Below the pieces are notes generated by a model. It was not told where the DNA came from and searched no databases. It saw nothing but the letters and a program-made list of their open reading frames with translations. Positions 36,493-45,120 of a DNA stretch of 63,982 nt are shown piece by piece. Within the stretch, counting starts at the first letter, position 1. Each line of letters starts with the position of its first letter. A program made the position numbers and the translations under genes. Origin of the DNA: a candidate division FCPU426 bacterium (GTDB lineage Bacteria; Oederibacteriota; PGYV01; Palsa-1178); contig PMTB01000064.1 of the NCBI GenBank assembly GCA_003167475.1, positions 1 to 63,982 of the forward strand, given 5' to 3'.

Positions 36493-37356
36493 TCAAGGCT
36501 TCAAGGCCGCGGTTGATGTCGCGTTTTTTGCGGCATTTTCCTCGGCTTCTTCAAATACTTTTATGACGCTGAACTTAAAAAGCAATCTCGCGACATCGGG
36601 CGCGCTGCCGAAAAAACATTTTTTATTCACATCAGCGCCGGTTTCAAGCAGCAGTTTGACGAACTTCGGCTTGCCTTCCCATGACGCGATCATTAACGCC
36701 GTATAATCCTCATTGGATTTTTCATTTACATCCGCGCCTTTGTCTATCAGGAGTTTTCCTGCGGTTGTATTGCCGTTTTTTGCCGCGGCCATGAGCGGCG
36801 TAAAACCCTTGATCGTTTTAACATTTACATCGGCGCCCGATGAAATCAACCTGGCGGTTATAGTCAGATCGTCGGCGTCGGTCGATAAAAAAAGAGGGCT
36901 CATGCCGCTATCCGCGGTCATGGTTATATTAGCGCCCTTGTCTATGAACATAAGAGCTGTTTTGTCATCGCTGTTTTTACACGCCAGAAGGAGCGCGGTG
37001 GTATTGTCCTTCAAAGTTTCATTTATAAAAGCGCCGTGCTTAAGCAGCAATTCCGCCGCGCCGGCCTGCGACTCCCTGGCAGCGGTCAGGAACGCAGTGT
37101 ATTGATTTTTATCTCTTTTATTTATATCCGCGCCTTTTTCAAGTAGATATTTCATCATATCCACATCTCCGCGGCCGGCGCAGAGCATCAAAGCCGTCTC
37201 ATTATTCGCATTGTCGACGTTTATATCAGCGCCTTCCGCTTCCAGAGATGTTTTTAAACTGTCCATATCCCCGCTATTGGCGGAATTAAGCATTTTTAAC
37301 CCAGCACAACCCGAAAGTAGGATGGCACAAAGGCAGATAAATATAATTTTTTTCAT
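36493..37356 (-). CDS. ankyrin-repeat lipoprotein
   Basis: Lipobox LLSGC after MKKIIFICLCAI, then about 7 ankyrin repeats (TALM.A...G..D....LL..GADVN). Confidence 0.8.
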   Translation of the reverse strand: MKKIIFICLCAILLSGCAGLKMLNSANSGDMDSLKTSLEAEGADINVDNANNETALMLCAGRGDVDMMKYLLEKGADINKRDKNQYTAFLTAARESQAGAAELLLKHGAFINETLKDNTTALLLACKNSDDKTALMFIDKGANITMTADSGMSPLFLSTDADDLTITARLISSGADVNVKTIKGFTPLMAAAKNGNTTAGKLLIDKGADVNEKSNEDYTALMIASWEGKPKFVKLLLETGADVNKKCFFGSAPDVARLLFKFSVIKVFEEAEENAAKNATSTAALKP

Positions 37357-37425
37357 TTGAACCTCCTTAATATAAACAGATTTTAACAATGATGCTCTTT
37401 TAATACAAGTCTTATTCACTAGGTT

Positions 37426-37559
37426 GTCATTGCGAGGAGCGAGTTCCTCAGCGACGAAGCAATCTCTGTACTTTTGTAGAGATATGCGTACTTAAAGGCT
37501 TATCGGTAGAACTGAGATTGCTTCGTCGCCATGAACCAAGAACGGCTTCTCGCAATGAC
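37426..37559. repeat. REPIN-like inverted doublet of the GTCATTGCGAG...CGACGAAGCAATCTC family
   Basis: The outer GTCATTGCGAG pairs with CTCGCAATGAC. The inner CGACGAAGCAATCTC pairs with GAGATTGCTTCGTCG. The left unit matches 70-124 in reverse complement. Confidence 0.75.
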
Positions 37560-37595
37560 TATCTATCCAAGGACTTTTCCGACAGTCTTTTTACA

Positions 37596-37641
37596 CCTTC
37601 CTAAAATCGCATATTCAGACCTATATTACGATTTAGGAAGG
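37596..37641 (+). promoter_or_regulatory. AAAATC/CAGACC-loop hairpin, copy 1, abutting a promoter
   Basis: Stem CCTTCCTAAAATCG / CGATTTAGGAAGG (one bulge). The loop contains CAGACC (37616-37621). The foot lies 10 nt upstream of the -35 at 37652. Confidence 0.6.
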
Positions 37642-37651
37642 AACGAACGTA

Positions 37652-37680
37652 TTGATTTGGACAAAAACTTGTGTTATGAT
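37652..37680 (+). promoter_or_regulatory. promoter TTGATT-17-(TGt)TATGAT
   Basis: Extended -10 with TG, about 30 nt upstream of the ATG at 37712. Confidence 0.5.
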
Positions 37681-37711
37681 TATAAAAATTCAATTCAAGG
37701 GAGGTTTTATC

Positions 37712-38125
37712 ATGGACAGACTTATTAAAATGGTCCTGGCCGGCGTTGTGGCGGGATTCATACTTTTTATCGTGGCATCCGTATCTTATCACTACACGGG
37801 CAGGATCTCGGACCCGTCGCTGAGCTCGCTATTCAGGGAAAATATATCAATGAACTGGTTCTACAAGCTCATGTTCCTCAATATAGGCATGGGTCTTATC
37901 ATGGCTATTTTTTACGCTTTATTGGCCAAGGGCATGCCCGGCGGAAGCCTGCTACGCGGGATGTTCTGGGGATTCATAGTATGGTTCATACTGATATCCC
38001 AGCCGCTTATCATGTCATTGGTTGTCGGAAAATTCACTTCAGACATGATAATATCATGGCTCGCCCAGGGGCTTGTCAGTTATGTGGCTGCGGGGCTTTG
38101 CATATCGCTGATATACAAAGAATAA
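37712..38125 (+). CDS. small 4-TM membrane protein, unknown function
   Basis: AAGGGAGG RBS before the ATG at 37712. Four hydrophobic helices. No recognisable motif. Confidence 0.65.
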   Translation: MDRLIKMVLAGVVAGFILFIVASVSYHYTGRISDPSLSSLFRENISMNWFYKLMFLNIGMGLIMAIFYALLAKGMPGGSLLRGMFWGFIVWFILISQPLIMSLVVGKFTSDMIISWLAQGLVSYVAAGLCISLIYKE

Positions 38126-38143
38126 ACTCATAGAACAATCAAA

Positions 38144-38184
38144 AATCCCAAATCAAAGATCTTTTTGATTTGGGATTTTTTTTT
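38144..38184 (+). terminator. intrinsic terminator
   Basis: 14-bp stem AATCCCAAATCAAA / TTTGATTTGGGATT followed by a T-run. Confidence 0.75.
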
Positions 38185-38351
38185 GGGTAATTTGTTGCAT
38201 CAGAACGCTGATGGTTATTGAAACCTGCTTTACTTGCAAGATCCGCTACCTTTATCCATATTCTATGGACAATAGGGTTGCGGCCTTTGTCTTAACGCAG
38301 CAAGCTGCTGGGAGTTAAAACCTATGCATTATAAAAAATTTGTGCTTGTCT

Positions 38352-38891
38352 TTACCCAGCCAGATTCGACCACTCTATGGAGTAACACAGGCACGTCTTT
38401 GTTTCCAGCTCGACAACGTTGGTGTCCGAGGCTTTGATCGATTTGGTGGCATGTTTCATCCAGCCGTGTATTGTCCTGCCTAGGTACGGTGAAACAGGAA
38501 GGTTTTTGACAGAAAAATTTATCTTGTTGTCCTTTAAATATTTTATCTCGGCCACTCCTGCTGAAAAATATGACAAAAATACCGACTGCGCGTTTGACAG
38601 GGCGCATTGCATTGACAGGTCCTTAAAAAGCCTGTGGGAACTTTCAAAGGCTTTTTTTGCGGAGTATTCCCCTATCTCAAAAAGCAAAGACGCGTCGCCA
38701 AAACCGAAAAATTTGTCGATGCTCTCGGAAAATTTCATATACATCCCCATATCATACCAGTTAAGGTCGCTGAAAGTTTTTATCTGTTCATATTCGGGGA
38801 CATGCAGGAAGAACGACCTTACTTTTTCACATCCGTATTTCTTTTCAGCGTATTCAAGCGCTGATGTAAACGCCTTTCCTTTGACTTGCAT
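38352..38891 (-). CDS. hypothetical cytoplasmic protein (possible H-NOX/DUF2378-like ligand-binding fold; guess only)
   Basis: The start at Met25 of the raw ORF is supported by an AGGAGA RBS and by the predicted promoter overlapping the longer ORF. N-terminus VKGKAFTSALEYAEKKYG. Confidence 0.6.
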   Translation of the reverse strand: MQVKGKAFTSALEYAEKKYGCEKVRSFFLHVPEYEQIKTFSDLNWYDMGMYMKFSESIDKFFGFGDASLLFEIGEYSAKKAFESSHRLFKDLSMQCALSNAQSVFLSYFSAGVAEIKYLKDNKINFSVKNLPVSPYLGRTIHGWMKHATKSIKASDTNVVELETKTCLCYSIEWSNLAG

Positions 38892-38934
38892 TGGTTCTCC
38901 TGGTATAGGTTGATTATGAAACATAGTTTCATTA

Positions 38935-38963
38935 TATATAACACGTTGTAGATAATTTGTCAA
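38935..38963 (-). promoter_or_regulatory. promoter TTGACA-17-TATATA (minus strand)
   Basis: The minus strand reads TTGACA (38963-38958), a 17-nt spacer, then TATATA (38940-38935). Confidence 0.55.
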
Positions 38964-38966
38964 TTA

Positions 38967-39010
38967 ATAACTAAAATCGCATTATAGGTCTGTATTGCGA
39001 TTTTAGTTAT
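38967..39010 (-). promoter_or_regulatory. AAAATC/CAGACC-loop hairpin, copy 2
   Basis: Perfect 15-bp stem ATAACTAAAATCGCA / TGCGATTTTAGTTAT. The loop has GGTCTG (CAGACC on the minus strand, 38987-38992). The foot lies 3 nt from the -35. Confidence 0.65.
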
Positions 39011-39103
39011 GGTGAAATGCCAAAATTAAAGGTAAAAATATGATATTTTGCAGATAATACAATATTTTGGCACAAAGAAAAATAGCAAACCAGACCTTAA
39101 ATG

Positions 39104-40387
39104 CTATTTTTCTTTGGCTTTATTCATCTCTTTGATCGCGCAGAACTCGCCGCACATGGAACATACTTCTTTATCCTGCAGGGGAAGCATGTCCCTCATC
39201 TTTGCCGCTTTTACCGGGTCTATGGAAAGCCTTATCTGTTCGTCCCAATCCAGGTTCTTGCGCGCCTTTGCCATCTTTATATCCCACTCCATTGCCCCTG
39301 GTATTCCGCGCGCTATATCCGCGGCATGGGCCGCTATCCTGGAAACTATGACGCCCTCGCGTACCTCGTCTATATCCGGAAGTTTTAGGTGCTCGGCCGC
39401 GGTCACATAGCAAAGGAAATCCGCTCCGGATGCGGCGGCAAGCGCGCCGCCAATTGCCGCTGTAATATGGTCGTAACCGGGCGCGACATCGGTCACTAGC
39501 GGCCCCAAAACATAAAACGGCGCGTTATTGCAAAGTTTTTTCTGCAGCTGCATATTTGTTACTATCTGGTTTATGGGCATATGACCCGGGCCCTCGATCA
39601 TCACCTGCACGTTTTTATCATACGCGCGTTTGGCCAGTTCTCCGAGTATTATAAGTTCGTGTATCTGGGCCCTGTCGGTTGCATCCGCCAGACAGCCCGG
39701 CCTCATGGCGTCACCCAATGAGAGTGTCATGTCATATTTATAAGCTATGTCCAGCAGCCTGTCATACTGCTCGTACAAAGGATTTTCTTTTTTATTCTTC
39801 ATGATCCATACGGCCAGGAATGTGCCGCCGCGGGAAACCGTGTCAAGTATGCGCCCCTGGCTCATCATGGAATCAACCGATGCTTTTGTGACGCCGCAAT
39901 GCACGGTGATAAAATCAACTCCCTGCTTTCCGTGGTCCTCTATCACTTCAAAAAGATCGTCCGCCGTAAGCTGCGTTACATCCCTCTTGCCCGAGGTTAT
40001 TTTAACGGCAGCCTCGTATATGGGCACCGTCCCTATGGGGACAGTCGATTCTTTCATCATGGCGAGCCTGATGGCCTTAAGGTCGCCGCCGGTGGAAAGG
40101 TCCATCACCGCGTCAGCCCCGGCCGCAATGGCGGTTTTTAATTTGTTTATCTCGTCTCCTATGGAGCACTTGTCCTGTGACGAGCCTATGTTCGCGTTCA
40201 CCTTTATTTTCATCTTTTTTCCTATACCCGTGGCCCTGCAATTTTTGTGGTTGATATTTTTTGTGATTACAACCTCGCCGGAACCGATAAGACCCATAAG
40301 TTCGTTCACATCTATCGACTCATTTAACGCCACTTCTTTCATCTCCGGCGTTATTATTTTTTTCTTCGCTGCTTCAAGTTGTGTCAT
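39104..40387 (-). CDS. thiC: phosphomethylpyrimidine synthase
   Basis: Conserved ThiC core (GPGHMPINQI, APFYVLGPLVTDVAPGYDHI) and a C-terminal CSMCGEFC cluster. Confidence 0.93.
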   Translation of the reverse strand: MTQLEAAKKKIITPEMKEVALNESIDVNELMGLIGSGEVVITKNINHKNCRATGIGKKMKIKVNANIGSSQDKCSIGDEINKLKTAIAAGADAVMDLSTGGDLKAIRLAMMKESTVPIGTVPIYEAAVKITSGKRDVTQLTADDLFEVIEDHGKQGVDFITVHCGVTKASVDSMMSQGRILDTVSRGGTFLAVWIMKNKKENPLYEQYDRLLDIAYKYDMTLSLGDAMRPGCLADATDRAQIHELIILGELAKRAYDKNVQVMIEGPGHMPINQIVTNMQLQKKLCNNAPFYVLGPLVTDVAPGYDHITAAIGGALAAASGADFLCYVTAAEHLKLPDIDEVREGVIVSRIAAHAADIARGIPGAMEWDIKMAKARKNLDWDEQIRLSIDPVKAAKMRDMLPLQDKEVCSMCGEFCAIKEMNKAKEK

Positions 40388-41020
40388 TTATTTCTCCTTG
40401 TTTAAGATCAATTGTCTTATTTTTTTTGTCTGTGCGAGGATGTTTTTTTCACCGAGAATCCCTGATATGAAAGAAAAATACCTGATCCCGCTTGCTTTAA
40501 GTTCCGGGATATTATACCCGTTTATACCCCCGATTGCAACAACGGGAGTAGAGAGCGAGCGGGATATTTTTTTTATCAAAACCGGCCCGATCGCTTTTTT
40601 ATCCTTTTGGGAAGTGGGATATACCGGACCGACGCCTATATAGGAAGATCTCAAACGGTCCATGCTGATGGACTCCTTGACGCTGTCCGCGGAAACCCCG
40701 ATTATGCCCTTGAAAATCTTTTTTACGGCGTCATACGGGAGGTCTTCTTTTCCTATATGCACGCCGTCCGCGCGCACAAGCGCCGCGATGTCGACCCTGT
40801 CGTTTATTATAAAGGGAACTTTATAGGCGGAGCATATTTTTTTCATCTTCACGGCCGCCACGTAAAAATCGCGGTCGTTCATCATTTTAGAGCGTAATTG
40901 AATGCAGGTTGCGCCCCCTTTCAGGCAGCTTATCAGCGCTTTGCAGGGGTCCTTCCCGGAATTCTTAAGGTATTCAATGTCAAGGATGACGTAAAGTGAG
41001 AGATATGAAGGGTTGTTCAT
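40388..41020 (-). CDS. thiE: thiamine-phosphate synthase
   Basis: TIM-barrel ThiE pattern (IQLRSK, INDRVDIA, DGVHIG, IGVS, AIGGI). Confidence 0.88.
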   Translation of the reverse strand: MNNPSYLSLYVILDIEYLKNSGKDPCKALISCLKGGATCIQLRSKMMNDRDFYVAAVKMKKICSAYKVPFIINDRVDIAALVRADGVHIGKEDLPYDAVKKIFKGIIGVSADSVKESISMDRLRSSYIGVGPVYPTSQKDKKAIGPVLIKKISRSLSTPVVAIGGINGYNIPELKASGIRYFSFISGILGEKNILAQTKKIRQLILNKEK

Positions 41021-41021
41021 C

Positions 41022-41435
41022 TTATATCAGCGTTTCTTTTTCCAGTTCGTAGGTTTTATACCTTAATTCCTTGAAGACATAAGCCGCCGACGGATCTATA
41101 AGCTTTGATATTTCTTCCAGCACCCTGAAAGATTCCTCTACCCGCTTGAAGTTTGAGACCATTATATCCAGCGTGCTTGTCCGGGTAAATTCACCCTTGT
41201 TTTTGCCGTGACGGCCGGCGTCGTCATCCGTATGGCGGTTTTTCAAGAGCACTAGATGGTCCGCCGAGATCATTTTAAGCGCCGAGTCAATGTCGTGCCT
41301 TATATTTTTAAGTTTTGATGTGGTTTTTTTATCCGATATGATGAAACGCGATACGTCTTCTATGACCCGTAATCCCTCTTTGGCGCGGTTTACATTGGCG
41401 TCTATCATGGTATAAATATTTTTTTTGTTTTTCAT
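41022..41435 (-). CDS. ThiD2-type domain protein (N-terminal-domain homologue of some ThiE proteins)
   Basis: IDANVNRAKEGLRVIEDVSRFI matches the domain often fused upstream of ThiE. Confidence 0.55.
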   Translation of the reverse strand: MKNKKNIYTMIDANVNRAKEGLRVIEDVSRFIISDKKTTSKLKNIRHDIDSALKMISADHLVLLKNRHTDDDAGRHGKNKGEFTRTSTLDIMVSNFKRVEESFRVLEEISKLIDPSAAYVFKELRYKTYELEKETLI

Positions 41436-41659
41436 TATCTATCTACGCGCATGGATGCGTAGATGTTCCTTATCATCTGTGTGAATGATACGCCTTCATC
41501 CTTCCACTTGCCAAGAATGTACCCCAGCACCGCAAGCGCCACTATAAAAAGCGTTTTTAACAAGCCGAAGATCACCAGGAAAAGCGCCAACAGGAAAAAT
41601 GAAAGGAATCCGGCCAACTTCCAGAAGTTCAGTATTATGAACTTAAGCAGCTCGTTCAT
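41435..41659 (-). CDS. DUF2273-like small membrane protein
   Basis: 74 aa with two TM helices, at the standard position in Asp23 operons. Confidence 0.6.
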   Translation of the reverse strand: MNELLKFIILNFWKLAGFLSFFLLALFLVIFGLLKTLFIVALAVLGYILGKWKDEGVSFTQMIRNIYASMRVDR

Positions 41660-42231
41660 TTTTCGTTTTCCTTCTGCCTGAATACCACCTTGCTTACTAT
41701 CACCGTGGGCTTTATTTCATTTGAGATGCCGAGGGTAAACTGGATATATTTTATTATGGCTTCCTGGATTTCCTGCGTGACGTCGGATACCGACCTGTCC
41801 GAGAACAGTGTCACATGCGCCGTGACTTTAAGCCCTTTTCTGGTGGAGATGACCTTTCCTTTTATGTCCTTCACCCCGTTGATCTGGTTCTTTACCACCC
41901 TTGAAAAATCCTCTATGGCTCCCAGGGAAACCATGATCTCGCCGAGCGGGGATTCGAGAACAACCGTCCTTTCGCTGCGCCTTTTTTCAATATTTCCGAA
42001 GATGGTGAAAAGGGCCGTAAATATGAAGAACAACCCTGTGAAAAACACCGCGAGCCTGATGGCTATTATCTTCGCGGTGTCGCTTCCGGCAAGTGAATTG
42101 ATCGCGCTCTGCATTGTGCTTAAAAGCCACTGATTGGCCACGTGGGTTGAACTAACTGCCACGAACATGGCGCCCACACATAAAAAAAGCGCCGTATTTA
42201 TAATTATTATGATCCTGTTAAAATACCTCAT
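41656..42231 (-). CDS. AmaP-like alkaline-shock membrane anchor protein
   Basis: Two N-terminal TM helices plus an Asp23-like C-terminal region, adjacent to an Asp23 gene. Confidence 0.55.
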   Translation of the reverse strand: MRYFNRIIIIINTALFLCVGAMFVAVSSTHVANQWLLSTMQSAINSLAGSDTAKIIAIRLAVFFTGLFFIFTALFTIFGNIEKRRSERTVVLESPLGEIMVSLGAIEDFSRVVKNQINGVKDIKGKVISTRKGLKVTAHVTLFSDRSVSDVTQEIQEAIIKYIQFTLGISNEIKPTVIVSKVVFRQKENEK

Positions 42232-42251
42232 GAAAACCTCCCGGAAAAAAT

Positions 42252-42626
42252 TTATATCTTGTAGTTGCCGTTCGCGGCAGTGTTTTTCCTGACGCCGTTT
42301 ATATTGACATTGACCTTATTCACATTAAGGCCTGTCATGGATTCTATGGATTCCCTGACTTTGTCCTGCACTTCCGCCGCGACATCGGAAACTTCCCTGC
42401 CAAAATCCACTATTATGTTTATATCAACGGAAACATTTTCATTCAGCAGGTCCACTTTTATGCCTTTTGCGGGATCCTTGATTCCTATGGCTTCCGCAAA
42501 TGACGCCGCGCTCCCGCCGTCCAGGCCAACCACGCCATCTACTTCCATACTGGCTATGGACGCGATGGAAGCTATCGCTTCGTCTGATATCTTTATATTG
42601 CCTGATTCGCCTTTATGTTCAACCAT
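42252..42626 (-). CDS. Asp23/Gls24-family envelope stress protein
   Basis: ISDEAIASIASIASMEVDGVVGL...VDINIIV..G..V.DVA..VQ..V is the classical Asp23 pattern. Confidence 0.85.
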   Translation of the reverse strand: MVEHKGESGNIKISDEAIASIASIASMEVDGVVGLDGGSAASFAEAIGIKDPAKGIKVDLLNENVSVDINIIVDFGREVSDVAAEVQDKVRESIESMTGLNVNKVNVNINGVRKNTAANGNYKI

Positions 42627-42640
42627 GTTTCACCCCGGGT

Positions 42641-43987
42641 TTATTTCTCTTTCTCCATTTTTTCTATGAAAGAAGTCGAGTAATTGCTGCTGACAAAATC
42701 CTTATGGTCCAGTATCTTTTTGTGCAGCGGTATTGTGGTCTTGATACCCTCTATGACAAATTCATCAAGCGCCCTTTTCATCCTTGCTATAGCCTCGGCC
42801 CTGTCTTTTCCTTTTGCGACGATCTTGGCTACCATGGAATCATAATAAGGGGGTATCTTGTATCCTTTATACACATGCGTATCCACCCTGATGCCCGGGC
42901 CCCCCGGGACATTGTATTCTGTTATGGTACCGGGCGACGGGCAAAAATTATTATCAGGGTCCTCGGCGTTTATCCTGCACTCTATGGCATGGCCGCGAAG
43001 GCTTATGATCTTGTTCGGAATGGTGGTTTTTTCCCCGGCCGCGACCCTTATCTGTTCCTTGATAAGGTCAAATCCCGTGACTTCCTCCGTCACCGTATGT
43101 TCCACCTGTATCCTGGTGTTCATTTCCATAAAGTAAAAATGACCCCACCTGTCCATGATAAATTCAATTGTTCCGGCGCCCTCATACTTGACCGCCCTGG
43201 CCAGCCTTGTCGCCTGGCTGCACATCTCATGCCTTGTTTTTTCGCTTAACAGCGGGGAAGGCGATTCTTCTATAAGTTTCTGGTGCCTTCTCTGGACGGA
43301 GCAGTCCCTTTCGCCCAGGGCTATGTAATTGCCGTGGTTGTCGCACATAATCTGTATTTCGACGTGCCTGGGTTCTTCCACGAATTTTTCAAGGTAGACA
43401 TCCGGATTGTTGAAAGCCGTCCTGGCTTCTTCGCTGGCGGTCTTAAAGGCGCTGCGCAGCGACAGTTCGGTGTGAGCTATTCTCATTCCGCGCCCGCCTC
43501 CGCCCGCTGTAGCTTTTATCATAATAGGGAAGCCTATTTTTTTTGAAATTTCAACCGCGTCATTCTCGTCTTTCAGGATCCTTCCCGAACCCGGGACAGT
43601 GCTTACCTTATTCGCCGTAGCCGTGGCTATGGCCTGGGCTTTATCCCCCATGGCCCTGATTGAAGCGGGAGACGGGCCTATGAATTTAATCTGGCACTTG
43701 CCGCAAAGTTCGGCGAAGTGGGCGTTCTCGGCCAAAAACCCGTATCCCGGGTGTATGGCGTCGGAATCGGTTACCTCTGCCGCGGAAATAATGGCGGGAA
43801 TGTTCAAATAGCTTAATTTTGACTGGGCAGGTCCTATGCAGACCGCGTGGTCGGCATACCTGACATGTAGGGAATTTTCATCCGCTTCGGAATATACCGC
43901 GACCGTCTCCACTCCAAGTTCCTTGCAGGCTCTTATGATGCGAAGGGCTATTTCGCCCCTGTTCGCTATTAGTATTCTTTTAAACAA
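42641..43987 (-). CDS. accC: acetyl-CoA carboxylase biotin carboxylase subunit
   Basis: Starts [24 protein letters not shown]-grasp motifs. Confidence 0.95.
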   Translation of the reverse strand: MFKRILIANRGEIALRIIRACKELGVETVAVYSEADENSLHVRYADHAVCIGPAQSKLSYLNIPAIISAAEVTDSDAIHPGYGFLAENAHFAELCGKCQIKFIGPSPASIRAMGDKAQAIATATANKVSTVPGSGRILKDENDAVEISKKIGFPIMIKATAGGGGRGMRIAHTELSLRSAFKTASEEARTAFNNPDVYLEKFVEEPRHVEIQIMCDNHGNYIALGERDCSVQRRHQKLIEESPSPLLSEKTRHEMCSQATRLARAVKYEGAGTIEFIMDRWGHFYFMEMNTRIQVEHTVTEEVTGFDLIKEQIRVAAGEKTTIPNKIISLRGHAIECRINAEDPDNNFCPSPGTITEYNVPGGPGIRVDTHVYKGYKIPPYYDSMVAKIVAKGKDRAEAIARMKRALDEFVIEGIKTTIPLHKKILDHKDFVSSNYSTSFIEKMEKEK

Positions 43988-44012
43988 GGCAGTTCCCCTT
44001 TCGCGGGCTTAT

Positions 44013-44516
44013 TTAGGATTTCTCGATTATTATCAGAGGCTGGCCGAACTCAACTGCCTGGGCATTTTCCACCATAATCTCTTTTACTTTGCCCTTTATC
44101 TCCGATTTGATCTCGTTCATTATTTTCATGGCTTCTATTATACATACCGTCTTGCCGGGTTCAACCATATCCCCTATCTTTACAAATACCGGGGACTCCG
44201 GTGACGGGGCTTTATAGAAAGTACCGACCATCGGAGATTTGATTATGCCGGTCTTCGCGTCCTCCACAAGTTTTTTCGGTTCGGCCGGGGCTGACACGGC
44301 TAAAGCATCCGGCGCGGCCACGGGGGCCGAAGCCGGAGCATACTGCTGCGCTGGCATGGCCTGCATGACGCCTTTGATGGCTCCGGCTTTTTTAAGCTGT
44401 ATTTTCAGGTCTTTCTCCTCATATATCAATTCCACAAGGTCTCCCTTGTCCATGATCTTCAAAGCTTCGTTTAAAACTTCAAGGTTCAGTTTTTTTCCGT
44501 CTTCTTTTTTTGCCAT
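44013..44516 (-). CDS. accB: biotin carboxyl carrier protein
   Basis: Biotinylation motif EAMKIMNEI. The start is ambiguous (GTG at 44525 or ATG at 44516). Confidence 0.88.
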   Translation of the reverse strand: MAKKEDGKKLNLEVLNEALKIMDKGDLVELIYEEKDLKIQLKKAGAIKGVMQAMPAQQYAPASAPVAAPDALAVSAPAEPKKLVEDAKTGIIKSPMVGTFYKAPSPESPVFVKIGDMVEPGKTVCIIEAMKIMNEIKSEIKGKVKEIMVENAQAVEFGQPLIIIEKS

Positions 44517-44541
44517 TGGGAACACCGCCTTAATCTTTTTT

Positions 44542-45099
44542 TTAAACTCTTTCCACGTACTCCCCGTTCCGTGTGTCTATCCTGATAGTGTCGCCTTCTT
44601 TTATGAATAATGGAACAAGCACTTCTGCCCCCGTTTCAAGCGTTACAAGTTTTGTGGCGTTCCCGACTGTATCGCCTTTTGAAGCTGGCGGCGCCGTGGT
44701 GACTTTGAGTTCAACCTTATTTGGCACCGAGATGCCCAGGACTTCGCCTTCGAACATGAGCATGGAACACATCATCTCTTCTTTGAGAAATTGTGCCTGC
44801 TCTCCGACCTGCTTTGCATTGAACTCATACTGCTCGTAGTTATCGGTATCCATAAAGTGAAAACCTTCACCCTGCTTATACATGAATTGCAGCTTGCGCT
44901 CGTCCACGCGCGCGTCTTCCATCTTATCGTCAGGGGAAAATGTCCTTTCCACTATCGTTCCGAGTTTGAAGTTCCTCATTTTGAGCCTTACAAGGGGCGC
45001 AAGACGCGGCCTTTGTACATGGTGGAATTGTACCACTTCCCAAAGTGTTCCCTCGTGTTTGAAAACATTGCCTGGTCTCAGATCCGCCGTTAATGCCAT
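44542..45099 (-). CDS. efp: elongation factor P
   Basis: 185 aa; LRPGNVFKHEGTLWEVVQFHHVQ; three OB-like domains. Confidence 0.93.
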   Translation of the reverse strand: MALTADLRPGNVFKHEGTLWEVVQFHHVQRPRLAPLVRLKMRNFKLGTIVERTFSPDDKMEDARVDERKLQFMYKQGEGFHFMDTDNYEQYEFNAKQVGEQAQFLKEEMMCSMLMFEGEVLGISVPNKVELKVTTAPPASKGDTVGNATKLVTLETGAEVLVPLFIKEGDTIRIDTRNGEYVERV

Positions 45100-45120
45100 T
45101 ACAAAAACCTCCTTGAAAAA

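Noticed and set aside
38186-38351. The 166-nt convergent spacer after the terminator as a possible sRNA.
   Set aside because: It has only short weak stems (CATCAG..CTGATG, CAGCA..TGCTG) and no promoter or terminator pair that I could support.
37426-39010. Possibility that the many intergenic hairpins represent a CRISPR array or degenerate array.
   Set aside because: The repeats are inverted rather than direct. They are not regularly spaced, belong to different sequence families, and are separated by genes. No cas genes are present.
39747-40643. 298-aa plus-strand ORF across thiC/thiE.
   Set aside because: It is antisense to two well-conserved enzymes and spans their junction, with no recognisable domain.
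41436-42640. Search for a TPP riboswitch upstream of the thi genes.
   Set aside because: There is no intergenic space (gaps of 0-20 nt), and I could not see the conserved CUGAGA...ACCUGAUCUGGAUAAUGCCAGCG signature. This needs cmsearch to be certain.
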